A stretch of 63,011 nucleotides of DNA, the filler included, from Octopus bimaculoides (taxonomy: Eukaryota), in the NCBI RefSeq assembly GCF_001194135.2. It is 6 parts of 5 records of this genome, joined end to end, with 100 filler letters (N's around TTAATTAATTAA, not from the genome) between each part and the next. Parts side by side here need not be neighbours in the genome. Positions count along the whole stretch, not along the records: positions 34,968 to 55,143 come from NC_068982.1; positions 55,244 to 60,883 come from NW_026343219.1; 4 more parts are not named here. One strand, written 5' to 3'. Shown piece after piece: positions 48,164-60,983 of this stretch. A model generated the notes under the pieces. The model had not been told where the DNA came from, made no database searches, and was given only the letters and a program-made list of their open reading frames with translations. The position numbers and the translations under genes are program-made. Position 1 is the stretch's first letter, and each line of letters begins with the position of its first letter.

Positions 48164-48413
48164 ATAACCACCAGCTAGCGTTGAAAACTCATTCCAAACG
48201 CAAAATATTACATGCTTTTTCCAGTAAACAGTAGCAGCACAGAAACATCAAGTATATTTGCCACCTAAATATGGCGGGCTCATAGGGAACGATGCTACTG
48301 TTGTTTATAGCCCCAAGAAGACATCTCCTCCAGCTGGCTAACGACACACTGTCTGTGTCTGATTAGTATTTGCGAAGGGAAATCATCGTTCCCATTTCTA
48401 GCCTTACGTGATA

Positions 48414-48458
48414 CACACAGACCCGGGTTTCTGGATAGTAACCCGTTATCAGTGTGTG
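48414..48458 (-). ncRNA. Second hammerhead copy, G8>A
   Basis: Minus: CACACA-CUGAUAA-CGGGU-UACU-AUCCA-GAAA-CCCGGGU-C-UGUGUG; site between 48420 and 48419. Confidence 0.75.
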
Positions 48459-49109
48459 ATAATCACCAGCTAGCTATAAGAAACCCGGGTCTGTGTGCAT
48501 CACGTAAGTGGTGATGGTGGTGGTTACACTAAAACGATTTCTGCTCTCTTTTTTTGCCAGTTTGTGATGTTCAAGTGCTGTGCAGTTTCTCAAACAATGT
48601 GGCAGCATTTTTTTGCGAACATTTTCGTTTCAAGTTGTTGATTAAGCAACAGTATGTCAGCTAATTTGGTATCAGCCAATGGTATGTTTACTTTTGGGCG
48701 TTTAATACTAATAGTCGCCCACTCGTCCTCCTTTCAAGCAAGGTGGCTACCCCATGAACAAGAGTGTTCAAAGAAAAGCACAGAAGAAAACAAAAATCTT
48801 TCAAGACAATAATACGAAGGGAAAGACAGACCATTTTATACAAAATGTGTATAGAGGTATATATATATATATATATATACACGTATAATATATACGTAAA
48901 CATATATACATGCGTATACACATACACGCATACAAATACACACACACAGACACACACACATAGTATGTATGTATGTATGTATGTATATTAAAGTGTGCTA
49001 AATTGTACCTTGATAGGGAAACGGTCGCAACGTCTTTCCATTATTCTCGTTTGTTTTTATACTTGTGCTTGCCCTATGACATCTGCACTCTAGCCTAGAC
49101 TTATCAACA

Positions 49110-49530
49110 TTTTACTCTTTTACTCTTTTACTTGTTTCAGTCATTTGACTGTGGCCATGCTGGAGCACCGCCTTTTAGTCGAGCTAATCGACCCCAGGAC
49201 TTATTCTTTGTAAGCCTAGTACTTATTCTATCGGTCTCTCTTGCCGAACCGCTAAGTTACGGGGACGTAAACACACCAGCATCGGTTGTCAAGCGATGTT
49301 GGGATGACAAACACAGACACACAAACATATACACACACACATAAATATATAAATATATACATATATACGACGGGCTTCTTTCAGTTTCCATCTACCAAAT
49401 CCACTCACAAGGCTTTGGTTGGACCGAGGCTATAGTAGAAGACATTTGCTCAAGGTGCCACGCAGTGGGACTGAACCCGGAACCATGTGGTTCGTAAGCA
49501 AGCTACTTACCACACAGCTACTCCTACGCC
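49110..49530 (-). mobile_element. SINE family B, full length
   Basis: Head GGCGTAGGAGTAGCTGTGTGGTAAG, body CACCTTGAGCAAATGTCTTCTACTATAGCC, tail (GAGTAAAA)n. Confidence 0.92.
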
Positions 49531-49800
49531 TTTGCCAGCTAATGTCTGCAAAAATATACAAATAAATTTTAAAAATATGAATAATATAACGATAAAAAAC
49601 AAAAAGCGGCTGTGAAGAAAATTCCAGTTAGTTGCAGCTTTGAGAAGCAAGGATGGGTAAAAAAGTTTAATTGCTAATCTGGAAAGTAAAGCACAATAGA
49701 GATTATGAGATGTTTATGTTCCCAAGTTCTTAAAAAACTAAATACGTGCCTAAGCCAGATTTGATATATAAGCCACATATTTGATTAATCGTCAAATATT

Positions 49801-49867
<67 letters not shown>

Positions 49868-50174
49868 CAGCAGCAGCAGCAGCAAGGGAGCATTCACTGT
49901 AACAGTGTCGATGCTTCCACCATTTGTTGATGATTCTCTACTCGTAGCAGATGACACCTTTGTATCACCCAGGAGGAAATCTTCCAACTCATGGGTCTGT
50001 TTGGATAGTCGTTGCTGGTGAGGGATAGTCGCTTTGCGAGATCGAAGTGCAAATTCCACCTCAATCTCTTTTAGTCACTTTTTACAAGGCGCAGATGAAA
50101 CATCGTGTCTATTCTTTGACATGCCAGTCCCCACACAGCAATCAATGCTAAATATGCACCAACTGTTTATGCAT

Positions 50175-50599
50175 GGCGCAGGAGTGGCTGTGTGATAAGT
50201 AGCTTGCTTACCAACCACATAGTTCCGGGTTCAGTCCCGCTGCGTCGCACCTTGGGCAAGTGTCTTCTATTATAGCCTCGGGCCGACCAAAGCCTTGTGA
50301 GTGGATTTGGTAGACGGAAACTGAAAGAAGCCTTTCGTATATATGTATATATGCATATATGTATGTGTGTAGATGTTTGTGTGTCTGTGTTTGTCCCCCC
50401 TCCCAACATCGCTTGACAACCGATGCTGGTGTGTTTACGTCCCCGTAACTTAGCGGCTCGGCAAAATGAGACTGATAGAATAAGTACTAGGCTTACAAAG
50501 AATAAGTCCTGGGGTCGATTTGCTCGACTAAAGGCGGTGCTCCAGCATGGCCACAGTCAAATGACTGAAACAAGTAAAAGAGTGAAAGAGTAAAAGAGT
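50175..50599 (+). mobile_element. SINE family B, full length
   Basis: GGCGCAGGAGTGGCTGTGTGATAAG...CCGGGTTCAGTCCC...CACCTTGGGCAAGTG...GAGTAAAAGAGTA. Confidence 0.92.
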
Positions 50600-51642
50600 A
50601 ATGCACTTACAAGTAACAGAACAGAGTAAAACAGAAGAGAGTACAGCAATGTCTAAAAGAAAAGGCAATTCTTTACTAAAGTGTGCGCCCTCCTTCTCTA
50701 ACAGGCCTATGCCAACTGGTTCACCTACAGCCATCTTTATTCGGGTTTGGATTTGTCGAGCCTGACAAAATACTGAGTTAATTACGGTGGTGGGAAGGTG
50801 ATATATTCGACTTAATTACTCCTGTGTAAAACAAGTACTTTCTTTTCAACTTCAGATATATAAAAATTTAGCGCATATATGAACAAATGTATTCGCAACA
50901 AGGCATTTAATTTGGCGCCCTACCATATTTACCAAATTAATATTGATTTATGGTAGACTTATGTTGAGTGGTAGCTCTAACCGTCAGATGGTGACGTACT
51001 CTTGGATAGTGAGTCACGTCGAGCAGTGACTTAATATTGGCTCGTACACTATACTAGAGTAGTGACTTAATTAATGGAAGTGGACCGAATTTGGAGCTTG
51101 CGTATCATGAGGTAGTAAACCTAATCTTTCAGTAATATGAGCGGTAGGCCTAATTTACTCATTGATTTAACAAACAGCTGTCAAATTAGCACCTTAATCC
51201 TAGTCTTTTCTGTTCTTAGAACTTGAACAAGGTTTTCAGCCCGAGTACTACTTTATGTGTTGATGGGATGTTTCAAATAATTCGGGATTTCATCAGTCAA
51301 TGATTCGTGGTTTCTTTCTTTGTCCTCCAACCTTTGGTATTTGAGGCTCGAAAAGGTCATTGGTGTTACTCTTCTTCCGATGGCTATGCTATAAAAATGA
51401 TAATTCTTTATGTGGTAAGGCGTAGTGGAATGGGTTTACTTTGGTGTATTACTGGTAAAAGCAAACACTGTCTCGATAAGAATGAAACCAGAGTGTATTT
51501 GGAAGAAATTAAATATTCTTATGTCATTCAGTCCAGCATTCATCAAACATGTCTGCCAAATTTCCTTCCAAACTATAATTGATTCTGAAAGTTGTCTCTG
51601 TATTTCTGTTTCTTGTGAGAGTATGTGTGTATGTGTGTGTGA

Positions 51643-51710
<68 letters not shown>

Positions 51711-52294
51711 ATGTGTGTGCGTGTGTTTTGTAACGGGAGGGCGTATCTCTAGAATAAGTCATAAATCTTCGGGAGTTGGCCAGTAAAATTCCTGAATCAT
51801 TTTAAGATGTTTGTTAGACATGGTTGTATCAGTTTTCTTTAAACAATGTCTTGACGAGCCGCCATAATATTAACACCAGCCATTGTTAAATCAACTTCAT
51901 CCCAATCTAGAGGCAGAAATATCAGATATTTATACGACTGGCACGGAACCAGAAATGTTTGGAGTGAGGATACAGCCGATTAAATCGAAACATGAGCTGC
52001 AGTACTTGACAGATACTTGTTTTATCAACTTTCAAAGAGCAAAAGACAGAGTCTTCAACTGCCGTATTCTTTAAAACTCAGAGAAGCGCAAACTATTTTG
52101 TCTGCTGTTTTACCGATTTTGCCACCCACCACCTGGGTGGGAAAAAGTATAACATACACAATTTTCCATATATCTTGATCATTGAAATTCAATGGGAGTT
52201 TTTACTTTTTCTCTTCTCTTCTTTATATAATGAGCATTTTTTAGAATTATGTTAAATTTCCACGATTAAATATATATCAACCAAGAATTATATT

Positions 52295-52517
52295 TTTCTT
52301 TATTTCTTTTATTTTTTTATTGCCCACAGGGGACTAAACATAGAGGGGACAAACAAAGACAGACAAAGGAATTAAGTCGACCCCAGTGCGTAACTGGTAC
52401 TTATTTAATCGACCCCGAAAGGATGAAAGGCAAAGTTGATCTCGGCGGAATTTGAACTCAGAACTTAACCGCTGAGCATTTCACCGGGCGCGCTAACGAT
52501 TCAGCCAGCTCGCCGCC
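52295..52517 (-). mobile_element. SINE family A, full length
   Basis: 16-bp TSD AACCAAGAATTATATT at 52279-52294 and 52520-52535. Confidence 0.9.
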
Positions 52518-52849
52518 CTAACCAAGAATTATATTATTCATAGAATATAGTTTTTTTAGCCCATGTTTTTTCATTTAATATTTAAAGTAAGTGCGTATAT
52601 ATTTTCTTAATTTATATGAATTCCGCTGAAGTGGACTTTACCTTTCATCTTTTCGGGATCGATAAAGTAAGTACTAGTTAAACACTGGGGATCGAAGTAA
52701 TCTACTGGTCTTCTCCCCGAAAATGCTGGCCTAGTGCCAAAATTTGAAACTAATGATTAAATTAGGTGCGTATATATTTTAAAACTCAATTGAATATATA
52801 AATCACAGTATCATTGTATCAGCCAGACTAACGGATGTTGTTATATACC

Positions 52850-53070
52850 GCTAGTCACAATGCACTTCCTTTCGAATGATGCCACCCATTCACTAGTCGG
52901 GCCGGCCAACATTTCCGCTGAACGGAACACCAGTCCGTCGCAGGGTTATCCATTTACAGCTGAGTGGACTGCAGTGTTTTGCTCAAGAACACAACGCACT
53001 ACCGGTCTGAGAATCGAAATCATGATCTTCCGATCGTGAGTACAACACCTTAACCACTAGGCCACACACC
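52850..53070 (-). mobile_element. tRNA-derived SINE family E relic
   Basis: Minus head GGTGTGTGGCCTAGTGGTTAAGG...GATTTCGATTCTC; body GTGTTCTTGAGCAAAACAC..CAGTCCACTCAGCTGTAAATGG. Confidence 0.65.
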
Positions 53071-53835
53071 ATCACGTCTACACAAGTAAAAAAGACATAT
53101 TAAGAAGAAACAAAAGAGGGCAGCTGTTGGATACTCTACTTTTCATCTGGTCTGTCCTCAAATTTGCTTCCTCTTTTTCTTCAGGTTTTTAATATTTTTC
53201 ATGTTTTCTTAATTAAATGTCTTTGTTTTTGTTTTTTTAACTAAGGAGAACGATAAAGATGACATAGGGAAGAAAGTCAAAAGCCAGCATCAGCCAGAAA
53301 CGCCAATTTCCATTTGGATTGTTTTGTTTTTTGTTTTGGTTCCCATTGAAGTCTCCTTCGGTCTGTATCCGCATTTAGTCTAAAAAATATTAAAAAAATA
53401 AACGAAAAGCTTTGTGTAATTGAATGAAAATATTATACATATAATGGCGTATGATAATTTTCTTTGATGACTGCACCCTAGGATGTCCATATTCCACTGG
53501 CTGGAGCTAGTGAAAGAGTAAACGAGTGCAATGGAAATAACAGCATCTTATTTTGTCTCGTCTAAAAAAGACAAATGTAAAGTTACATAGTCAATATTTG
53601 TGTTTTAGATTAAAATAATTGGAGTTCTGTTTCGTTCATGTATTTACGAAAGGAAATGAAAAAGTAAGCTAACCACCAATAAATCCTTACCTGATCACTT
53701 GAGCTTTTAGTAATAGCAGTTAAATCTCCACCAAATCACACTTACACTCTCAAGCAAATAAAAGGATACATTGAATAGAGTACACTTAAAAGCTGGAGGC
53801 AGAATCGTCACGACTAAAACGTCTTTGATCATAAG

Positions 53836-53867
<32 letters not shown>

Positions 53868-55243
53868 NNNNNNNNNNNNNNNNNNNNNNNNNNNNNNNNN
53901 NNNNNNNNNNNNNNNNNNNNNNNNNNNNNNNNNNNNNNNNNNNNNNNNNNNNNNNNNNNNNNNNNNNNNNNNNNNNNNNNNNNNNNNNNNNNNNNNNNNN
54001 NNNNNNNNNNNNNNNNNNNNNNNNNNNNNNNNNNNNNNNNNNNNNNNNNNNNNNNNNNNNNNNNNNNNNNNNNNNNNNNNNNNNNNNNNNNNNNNNNNNN
54101 NNNNNNNNNNNNNNNNNNNNNNNNNNNNNNNNNNNNAGCATAACAAGAAGGGTCCGTGCGAAGGCTCATTTAAATAAAAGGGGTTCTTCGTAGTGAAAAA
54201 GTTGGGAACCTCTGGACAGAAGTAAAGTAAATTGATCTGAGACAAGAAATCAAAGCTGGTATATACTAACTCTTGTTACTGGAAAATACTATCTAAAATG
54301 AAAATTCTAGAAGCAATTACGATTGAGAACTGCTTTTTTTAAAAAGAGGTAAATGATTTCTTTTGTATCTCATCTCAATGTAAATCAATTTGGGGTTAAG
54401 AATGTTAGTAAAGTTGAAATATATTTAAACTGTTAATAACTAACATTTTCACGATGATGTTTGAAGTTAAGCAGAGGCATAGCCTATGCAGTTAAGAAGC
54501 TCACTGTTCAACCACTTGGTTTCAGGTTCAGTCCCACTGCGTGGCATCTCGAGTACGTGTTTTCCGCGCCGACACAATATTTTGTGAGTGAAACAAAAAC
54601 AATGTGGAAGCCCTTCGGTGTGTGTGTGCGTCTTTATGTTTGCCCTGTTGACAATTGGTGTTAGTTTCTATAAGTCCCCAAACTTCACGTCCCTTTCGAC
54701 TAACATCTTCAAAACAGTGTCCCAGCATGGTCGCAGTCCAATGACTGAAACATATAAAAGATAAAAGATGAAAGATATACGCTGAATATAGATTTATATA
54801 TGATTTTTATTCGACTCCTGAATATAGACAAGTGAACTTCAAAGAGACTTAACTCATGCTCAATGGCATTAACCACGTGGCTGTCACAAATCGATCACTG
54901 TATGCGATTGTCTGACCATTTAAATCATTTTTAGCATTGCATAAACATAAAGCCGAAAACGATCGTGAGCTGAATACCTGTAACTTTTGAAAAGATTTGA
55001 AATTACTTGAATTAATTATTTTTTTGTTTAATTATAAAAATCTCAAACATTCATATATATATAATCTCAAACATTCATATATATATATATATATATATGA
55101 ATGTTTGAGATTTTTATAATTAAATAAAAAAATAATTAATTCANNNNNNNNNNNNNNNNNNNNNNNNNNNNNNNNNNNNNNNNNNNNTTAATTAATTAAN
55201 NNNNNNNNNNNNNNNNNNNNNNNNNNNNNNNNNNNNNNNNNNN

Positions 55244-55294
<51 letters not shown>

Positions 55295-55489
55295 TAGTGT
55301 AAAAGAGCAATATCACAAACATAACATTAAGAAGCATCGTTAAGTTATTTCTGGGAGCGATGAAAGAGAGGCAAGGCTCGAAACCGTATTGGTTGTATCG
55401 CATATCAGAGACTCCTTTCTTTCTGTGATTCCTTTAAGCGTACTATTTAAGCTAGTTATTGTTATTCTGTTTCTTACATTTATTCTTCA

Positions 55490-56026
55490 TATTATTATTA
55501 GCTTTGTATAACTTTTCAGCTAACTTCATCACCATCATCATCATCGTGATCTTCATCATCCGTCGTCGTCATCATCATCACCATCATCGTTATCAACTTC
55601 ATCATCATCATCATTATTATTATCATTGATATTATTTTGTTGCTGTTGTTCTTCTTGTCATCAGTATCAATACGATTACGATTGTTATTACTATTATTCT
55701 TGTCATTAATACTATTGCTACTATTATGTTTATTATTATTATTATTAAATTTTATATTATTTTCATTATTATTATTACTTTTATTATGATGATTGATATT
55801 AATATTATTAACAATATCATTACCTCTACTACTATTATTTCTATGTGATTATTATGGGTTTTATTATTTTCACTATCATTATCATCATTATTATCATCAT
55901 CATCATTATTATTATTATTGTTATTATTATTATTGTTATTCTTCTTCTTATTATTATTATTACTATTATTATTATCATCATCATTATTATTATCATCATC
56001 ATTATCATTATTTATAATTATTATTA

Positions 56027-56061
<35 letters not shown>

Positions 56062-56150
56062 GTGATTATTATTCTTGTTCTTATTATTACCATTATTATT
56101 ATTATTGTTATTATTACTATTATTATTACTATTATTACTATTATCATCAT
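55490..56150. repeat. Mosaic trinucleotide microsatellite (ATT/ATC/ACT)n
   Basis: Direct reading; source of the poly-I/N/Y/H ORFs. Confidence 0.95.
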
Positions 56151-57060
56151 CTTGTTTTGTTTGCCTTTCCTTTTTTTCTTCTTCGTTCTCATCTGGTTAA
56201 ATCGAAAACAGAGAGAATAATTTATGGATCGTCGATAATGAAAGTGAAAGTAAAATGCAATACCGGAAATAGAACCAACCATATATAAATGGAAAAATAT
56301 ATAAACAAAATATAGTAAAGGAAGAATAAGAATAAGGGGTTAGTGCAAGTGCATACCCACCCATCAAATTAATACATATGTGTGTGAGTATGTGTATATA
56401 TATATATACATATATATATGTGTATGTGTGTGTGTGTCTATGTATATATGTATATATTTAAGTACGTATGCATGTTTATGTATATATATTTATATATATA
56501 TGTATATATACGTACACGCACAAATACATACACGTGTGTGTGTGTCTGAAAGCGCACAAGATGTGTGTCTGGGGTGGGGGGTGCAAAGCAATCACAACCG
56601 TCAAACGATAATATGAAGTCAAATTCGGGAAAGAAATGCCTAAGAGTAAAAAAAATAAAAGTGATAGAGAATTAGTGAAGAATTAAAAGGAAAAGACGAC
56701 GAAAAAGACAAGGAAACATGCAAGGAAAAAAAATAATTATGAGGACTTCTGGTAAACTATTCACTATGGTAATGATAGCCAGAAGCGGGCGCTGACGGTC
56801 ATAGCGATGACAGGCACAGTTTGGGAGTGAGTCGCTAACTGCCGTTGTTGTTTTTATTGTTATCGTTGGTGTTGTTCTTATTTTTATTATATATAATAAG
56901 GTTATAAATCTAACCGTTATGATTGTTATTATAATTATTTTAGTTGCAATTATTATTGTTATTAATTTTATAATACTTATTATTATTATCATTCTTTTAA
57001 TTGAGGTTAATATTAATTATCTGTTATTATTATTATTATTATTGTTATTATTATCATTGA

Positions 57061-57275
57061 GGCGGCGAGCTGGCAGAATCGTCAGCACGTCGGGGGTGAA
57101 ATCCTTAACGTTATTTCGTCTGCCGCTACGTTCTGAGTTCAAATTCCGCTGAGGTCGAATTTGCCTTTCATATATTCGGGGTCGGTGAAATAAGTGCCAG
57201 TTACGCGCTGGAGTCGATGTCAGGGACTAGGACCCTTGCCCCTAAATTTTCAAAGCTTTGTGCCTAGAGTAGAAA
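57061..57275 (+). mobile_element. SINE family A
   Basis: GGCGGCGAGCTGGCAGAATCGTCAGCACG...CTGAGTTCAAATTCCG. Confidence 0.85.
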
Positions 57276-57419
57276 TAGTAATTATCATTAGTAGTAGTAG
57301 TAGTAGCAGCAGCAGCAGCAGCAGCGGGCATTTCTGATATCAGATTATTAATAGAAATTTTCGTTATAAGAAATAATCATCACGGATAGCATGCATCGCC
57401 CCTTTCCCTGTTTTCCTCA

Positions 57420-57840
57420 CCTCCTCCTCATCATCATCATCAGTAGCATCACTATCATCGCCGTCGTCGTTATAATCATCATCATCGTCATCATCATCTT
57501 CATTAACATTATGCTCATCTTCTTCATCATCATCATCATCATCATCATTATAATCGTCATCATCATCATTAACATTATTCATCAGAGAAATCCTCATTTA
57601 ACTCCATCATCATTATCCTAGTTTTAAACTTCGTCAGCATCCTGTTCACTCATCTTCATCCTGTCCTCCTGCCCCTCTTCCTCCACCCCCACTCCTCCTA
57701 TTCCTCCTACCCCTGCTCCTCCTCCTTTTTCAGATCATCCACCACATCAGCGCCGTCATCATCTGTATCATAACCATCATCATCCCCATCATCATCATCC
57801 CCATCATCCTCCTCCTCATCATCATCATCACCAGCGCCCT
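57420..57840. repeat. (CAT/CCT)n low-complexity tract
   Basis: Direct reading; source of the poly-D/E ORFs. Confidence 0.9.
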
Positions 57841-58287
57841 CTATTGTTATCCTAATTACTGTTATTGCTGCTGTTATTGTTGTCGTACTGGGTATTGAGT
57901 GCCGCGGCAAAGGAAATGAAAAGTGTTCGATAGATAAATTTATTTAACTCCGCAATTATATTTCCACACAGATTTCATGTCATATAATATATATATATAT
58001 ACATATATATAAGTAAAAAATTGAAGTATGGAAGTTATGCATTAGGTACCCGCATTGATCCATGTATAAACGTAGATACACATACGTATATATACTTAGG
58101 TCCGTATGTATACGTGGATATATCTTTGGGAATGCTCGTGTCGGTGTATGCATTATTTGCGTGTATACCACATTTCAGTATGCATATACGTGTGCGTGTG
58201 CATCTATGATTATGTATATGAAATTAAATATATTTATATCTATGTACATGTACACTTACATGTGTGTATGTGTGTATATGTATATGT

Positions 58288-58333
58288 AGATAGATTTACA
58301 GATAGATTTATAGATAGATAGATAGATAGATTT

Positions 58334-58383
<50 letters not shown>

Positions 58384-58485
58384 TTATAGATAGATAGATA
58401 GATAGATAGATTTATAGATAGATAGATAGATAGATTTATAGATAGATAGATAGATAGATTTATAGATAGATAGATAGATAGATTT

Positions 58486-58568
<83 letters not shown>

Positions 58569-58595
58569 TAGCTAGCTAGCTAGCTAGATATTGAT
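58288..58595. repeat. (GATA)n microsatellite with GATTTATA variants and (CTAG)n end
   Basis: Direct reading. Confidence 0.97.
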
Positions 58596-59100
58596 AGATA
58601 GATGTATACATACATTTGTACATATGAATACGTAGATATGTATACGAATAATATAGAGAATGAGAGAGAAGTCGAGACCGGAGCGGAGAGAGGGAGCGAT
58701 ACAATCTTGCGATATAAAAATTAATTTAGGCTGAATAGTCATAACGAGAAGGAAAACTGTCCATAGCGAAAGGGAAAAAAATATCTTGGAAATATAGATA
58801 AAAAAAAATCGCATTAGATAGAAGTGAAAAGATTATATTGTATGGAGAACATGTTTGGGGTGAGGGGGGAACGCTATGGAAAAGATCAATGGTTATGTTT
58901 TCTTAGCATATTTTGGTTATGATTCCTTCATTCTTTTGCGACCAATTCCATGAATGAGTCCACCGAGGAATACATTTTCTACATTCACAAATTCACACAC
59001 AAATCCACATACACTCATACACAGACCTGCGCAAACATTTTATAGTATATTTATATGTTTACATGTGAGTGTGTATATATATATATATATATACTCACAC

Positions 59101-59140
<40 letters not shown>

Positions 59141-59150
59141 NNNNNNNNNN

Positions 59151-59192
<42 letters not shown>

Positions 59193-59365
59193 CACAAGTA
59201 AATATTTATATATATATATATAAATAGTATATATATATATATATATGCACACACACAAGTAAATATTTATATATATTTTATACATATATAAATTGTATAT
59301 ATATATATATATATATATATGTGTACACATACATGCATATAGACATACCTACATACATATTTATA

Positions 59366-59535
59366 TAGGCGCAGGAGTGGCTGTATGGTAAATAACTTGC
59401 TTACCAACCACATGCTTCCGTGTTCAGTCCCACTGCGTGGCACCTTGTGCAAGTGTCTTCTCCAATGTCCTCGAGCCGACCAAAGCCCTGTGAGTGGATT
59501 TGGAAGACTGAAATTGAAAGAGGCCCGTCGTGTGT
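59366..59535 (+). mobile_element. SINE family B 5' half
   Basis: GGCGCAGGAGTGGCTGTATGGTAAA...CAGTCCCACTGCGTGGCACCTTG. Confidence 0.8.
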
Positions 59536-59639
59536 GAGTGTATATGGATGGGATACAGTCAACAAGGGGGACGTGATTGATAACTTAAGACCACCTGAAT
59601 TGAGCCTTACGGCCTGTTCAGCGTTACGATGACAAATAA

Positions 59640-60150
59640 TGGCACTGAACTCAGTCAGAACGCCTGTTGTGCCCTTTCCTGATGACCACGGCTTCGATGT
59701 CTGTGTCGCGGTTATCCATGTTGCATCTTACAGCTTTTACAGTGTCCACAGTGCATTGAGTAGCAGTCGTGATGTCGGCATCTTTCCGGTGCAAGTCATC
59801 TTGATACAGGTAAATCTTTTCGAATATTCAGTTGGCTTTCCGTCATCTATGTCAGCTAATATATTTTTTCTCAACTATAACTTTTTTTCTCTAAGTTCTC
59901 CAACGCCGTTTATTGTTAACAAATTCATCTATACATCAAACTGTTCTGAACAAACGATACATAAGACATCGTTAAATTTAGCCTGAACACCATATACTTC
60001 TCGTTAATAATATATTTGACACAATTACAATAACGTTCTTTGAAGATATGGTTTGCATTCCGGTTTTTCGCATTTCATTGTGAGGAATTCTATCAGACAT
60101 GATTCTCATTCAAGCAGTAAGCATTTTTATCTTCCCAGCGGCTCCTGTTT
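59640..60150 (-). mobile_element. Possible old RLE-type LINE RT relic
   Basis: Minus frames DRIPHN and LYQDDL...DTVKAV..MD..AVVIRKG loosely match FDSVPH / LYMDDL..QTVR..GM..AVLKRG. Confidence 0.3.
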
Positions 60151-60983
60151 TGAAACTCAAGGGGAAACTATCTGAAGCTCAGTCAATAATAATTATCTCT
60201 TTATTATCACCATTCTCATTTCATTTACACTTTATCTAATTTTTGCCTAATTATTGGCCATTTTAATTCACTACGGTCATCAAGTATAGATTTATCAGAG
60301 GCCAAAGTATTCAGAACTGAGCGACTCATAAGGATCTAAAACAAAGGACTTTTCTACTACGATGTATAATATTCAGAAAGATATTTATTGATCTAGAATT
60401 ATATTCTTTGATGTTTGTATGCTATTTGGCATTAAATATATTATTCTCTGACTGAAACAAATTGGAATTTAATTTTGGCAATTTATTAAGTTATTAAAAG
60501 CACTTCATATATAAGTGTATAGAAGATGTTATTCTTACTAAGAAATGCGGAATTCCCTTAGATCTGAGTTCCTTCATGTAGGCGTAGGTTTATTGGTTTA
60601 ATCAGTTCAACATTTTTGCTTCTTTCAATTTTTCTGGGGTTTTTTTTTTTTTTCCTATTTCCAGATACTTTGCATTTTTCTTCCATTTTTATTGTCTGCA
60701 TGGCTGAAACTTGTCATGTATAGTTTCTAAGCAATGTCATCAATCAATGAATTAGTTTTTCCTGACATAAAGCTGCGAGCTGGCAGAATCGTTACCGCGC
60801 CAGACAAAGTGCTTAGCGGCATTTCATCTGTCTTTAAGTTCTTAGTTCAAATTTCACCGAAGTTTACTTTGCCTTTCATTATTNNNNNNNNNNNNNNNNN
60901 NNNNNNNNNNNNNNNNNNNNNNNNNNNTTAATTAATTAANNNNNNNNNNNNNNNNNNNNNNNNNNNNNNNNNNNNNNNNNNNN

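Larger units (their letters stand above)
48085..48508 (-). mobile_element. Candidate non-LTR retrozyme (1.3-mer, 295-nt unit) with short inverted end
   Basis: 95-bp direct repeats 48085-48179 / 48380-48474, each carrying a hammerhead; 30-bp inverted copy 48479-48508 of 48403-48432 (29/30); no coding capacity. Confidence 0.7.

Noticed and set aside
55008-55143. ~50-bp-arm palindrome centred on (AT)n
   Set aside because: Ends exactly at a contig edge, and the self-complementary (AT)n core can fold an assembly path back; likely an artefact unless long reads confirm it.
55752-57910. Long poly-I/N/D/Y/H ORFs
   Set aside because: Trinucleotide microsatellite shadows, open in several frames, with no splice or domain support.
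59140-59290. Tandem duplicate TATGCACACACACAAGTAAATATTT next to a 10-N gap
   Set aside because: Low-complexity and gap-adjacent; probably an overlap or allelic artefact.
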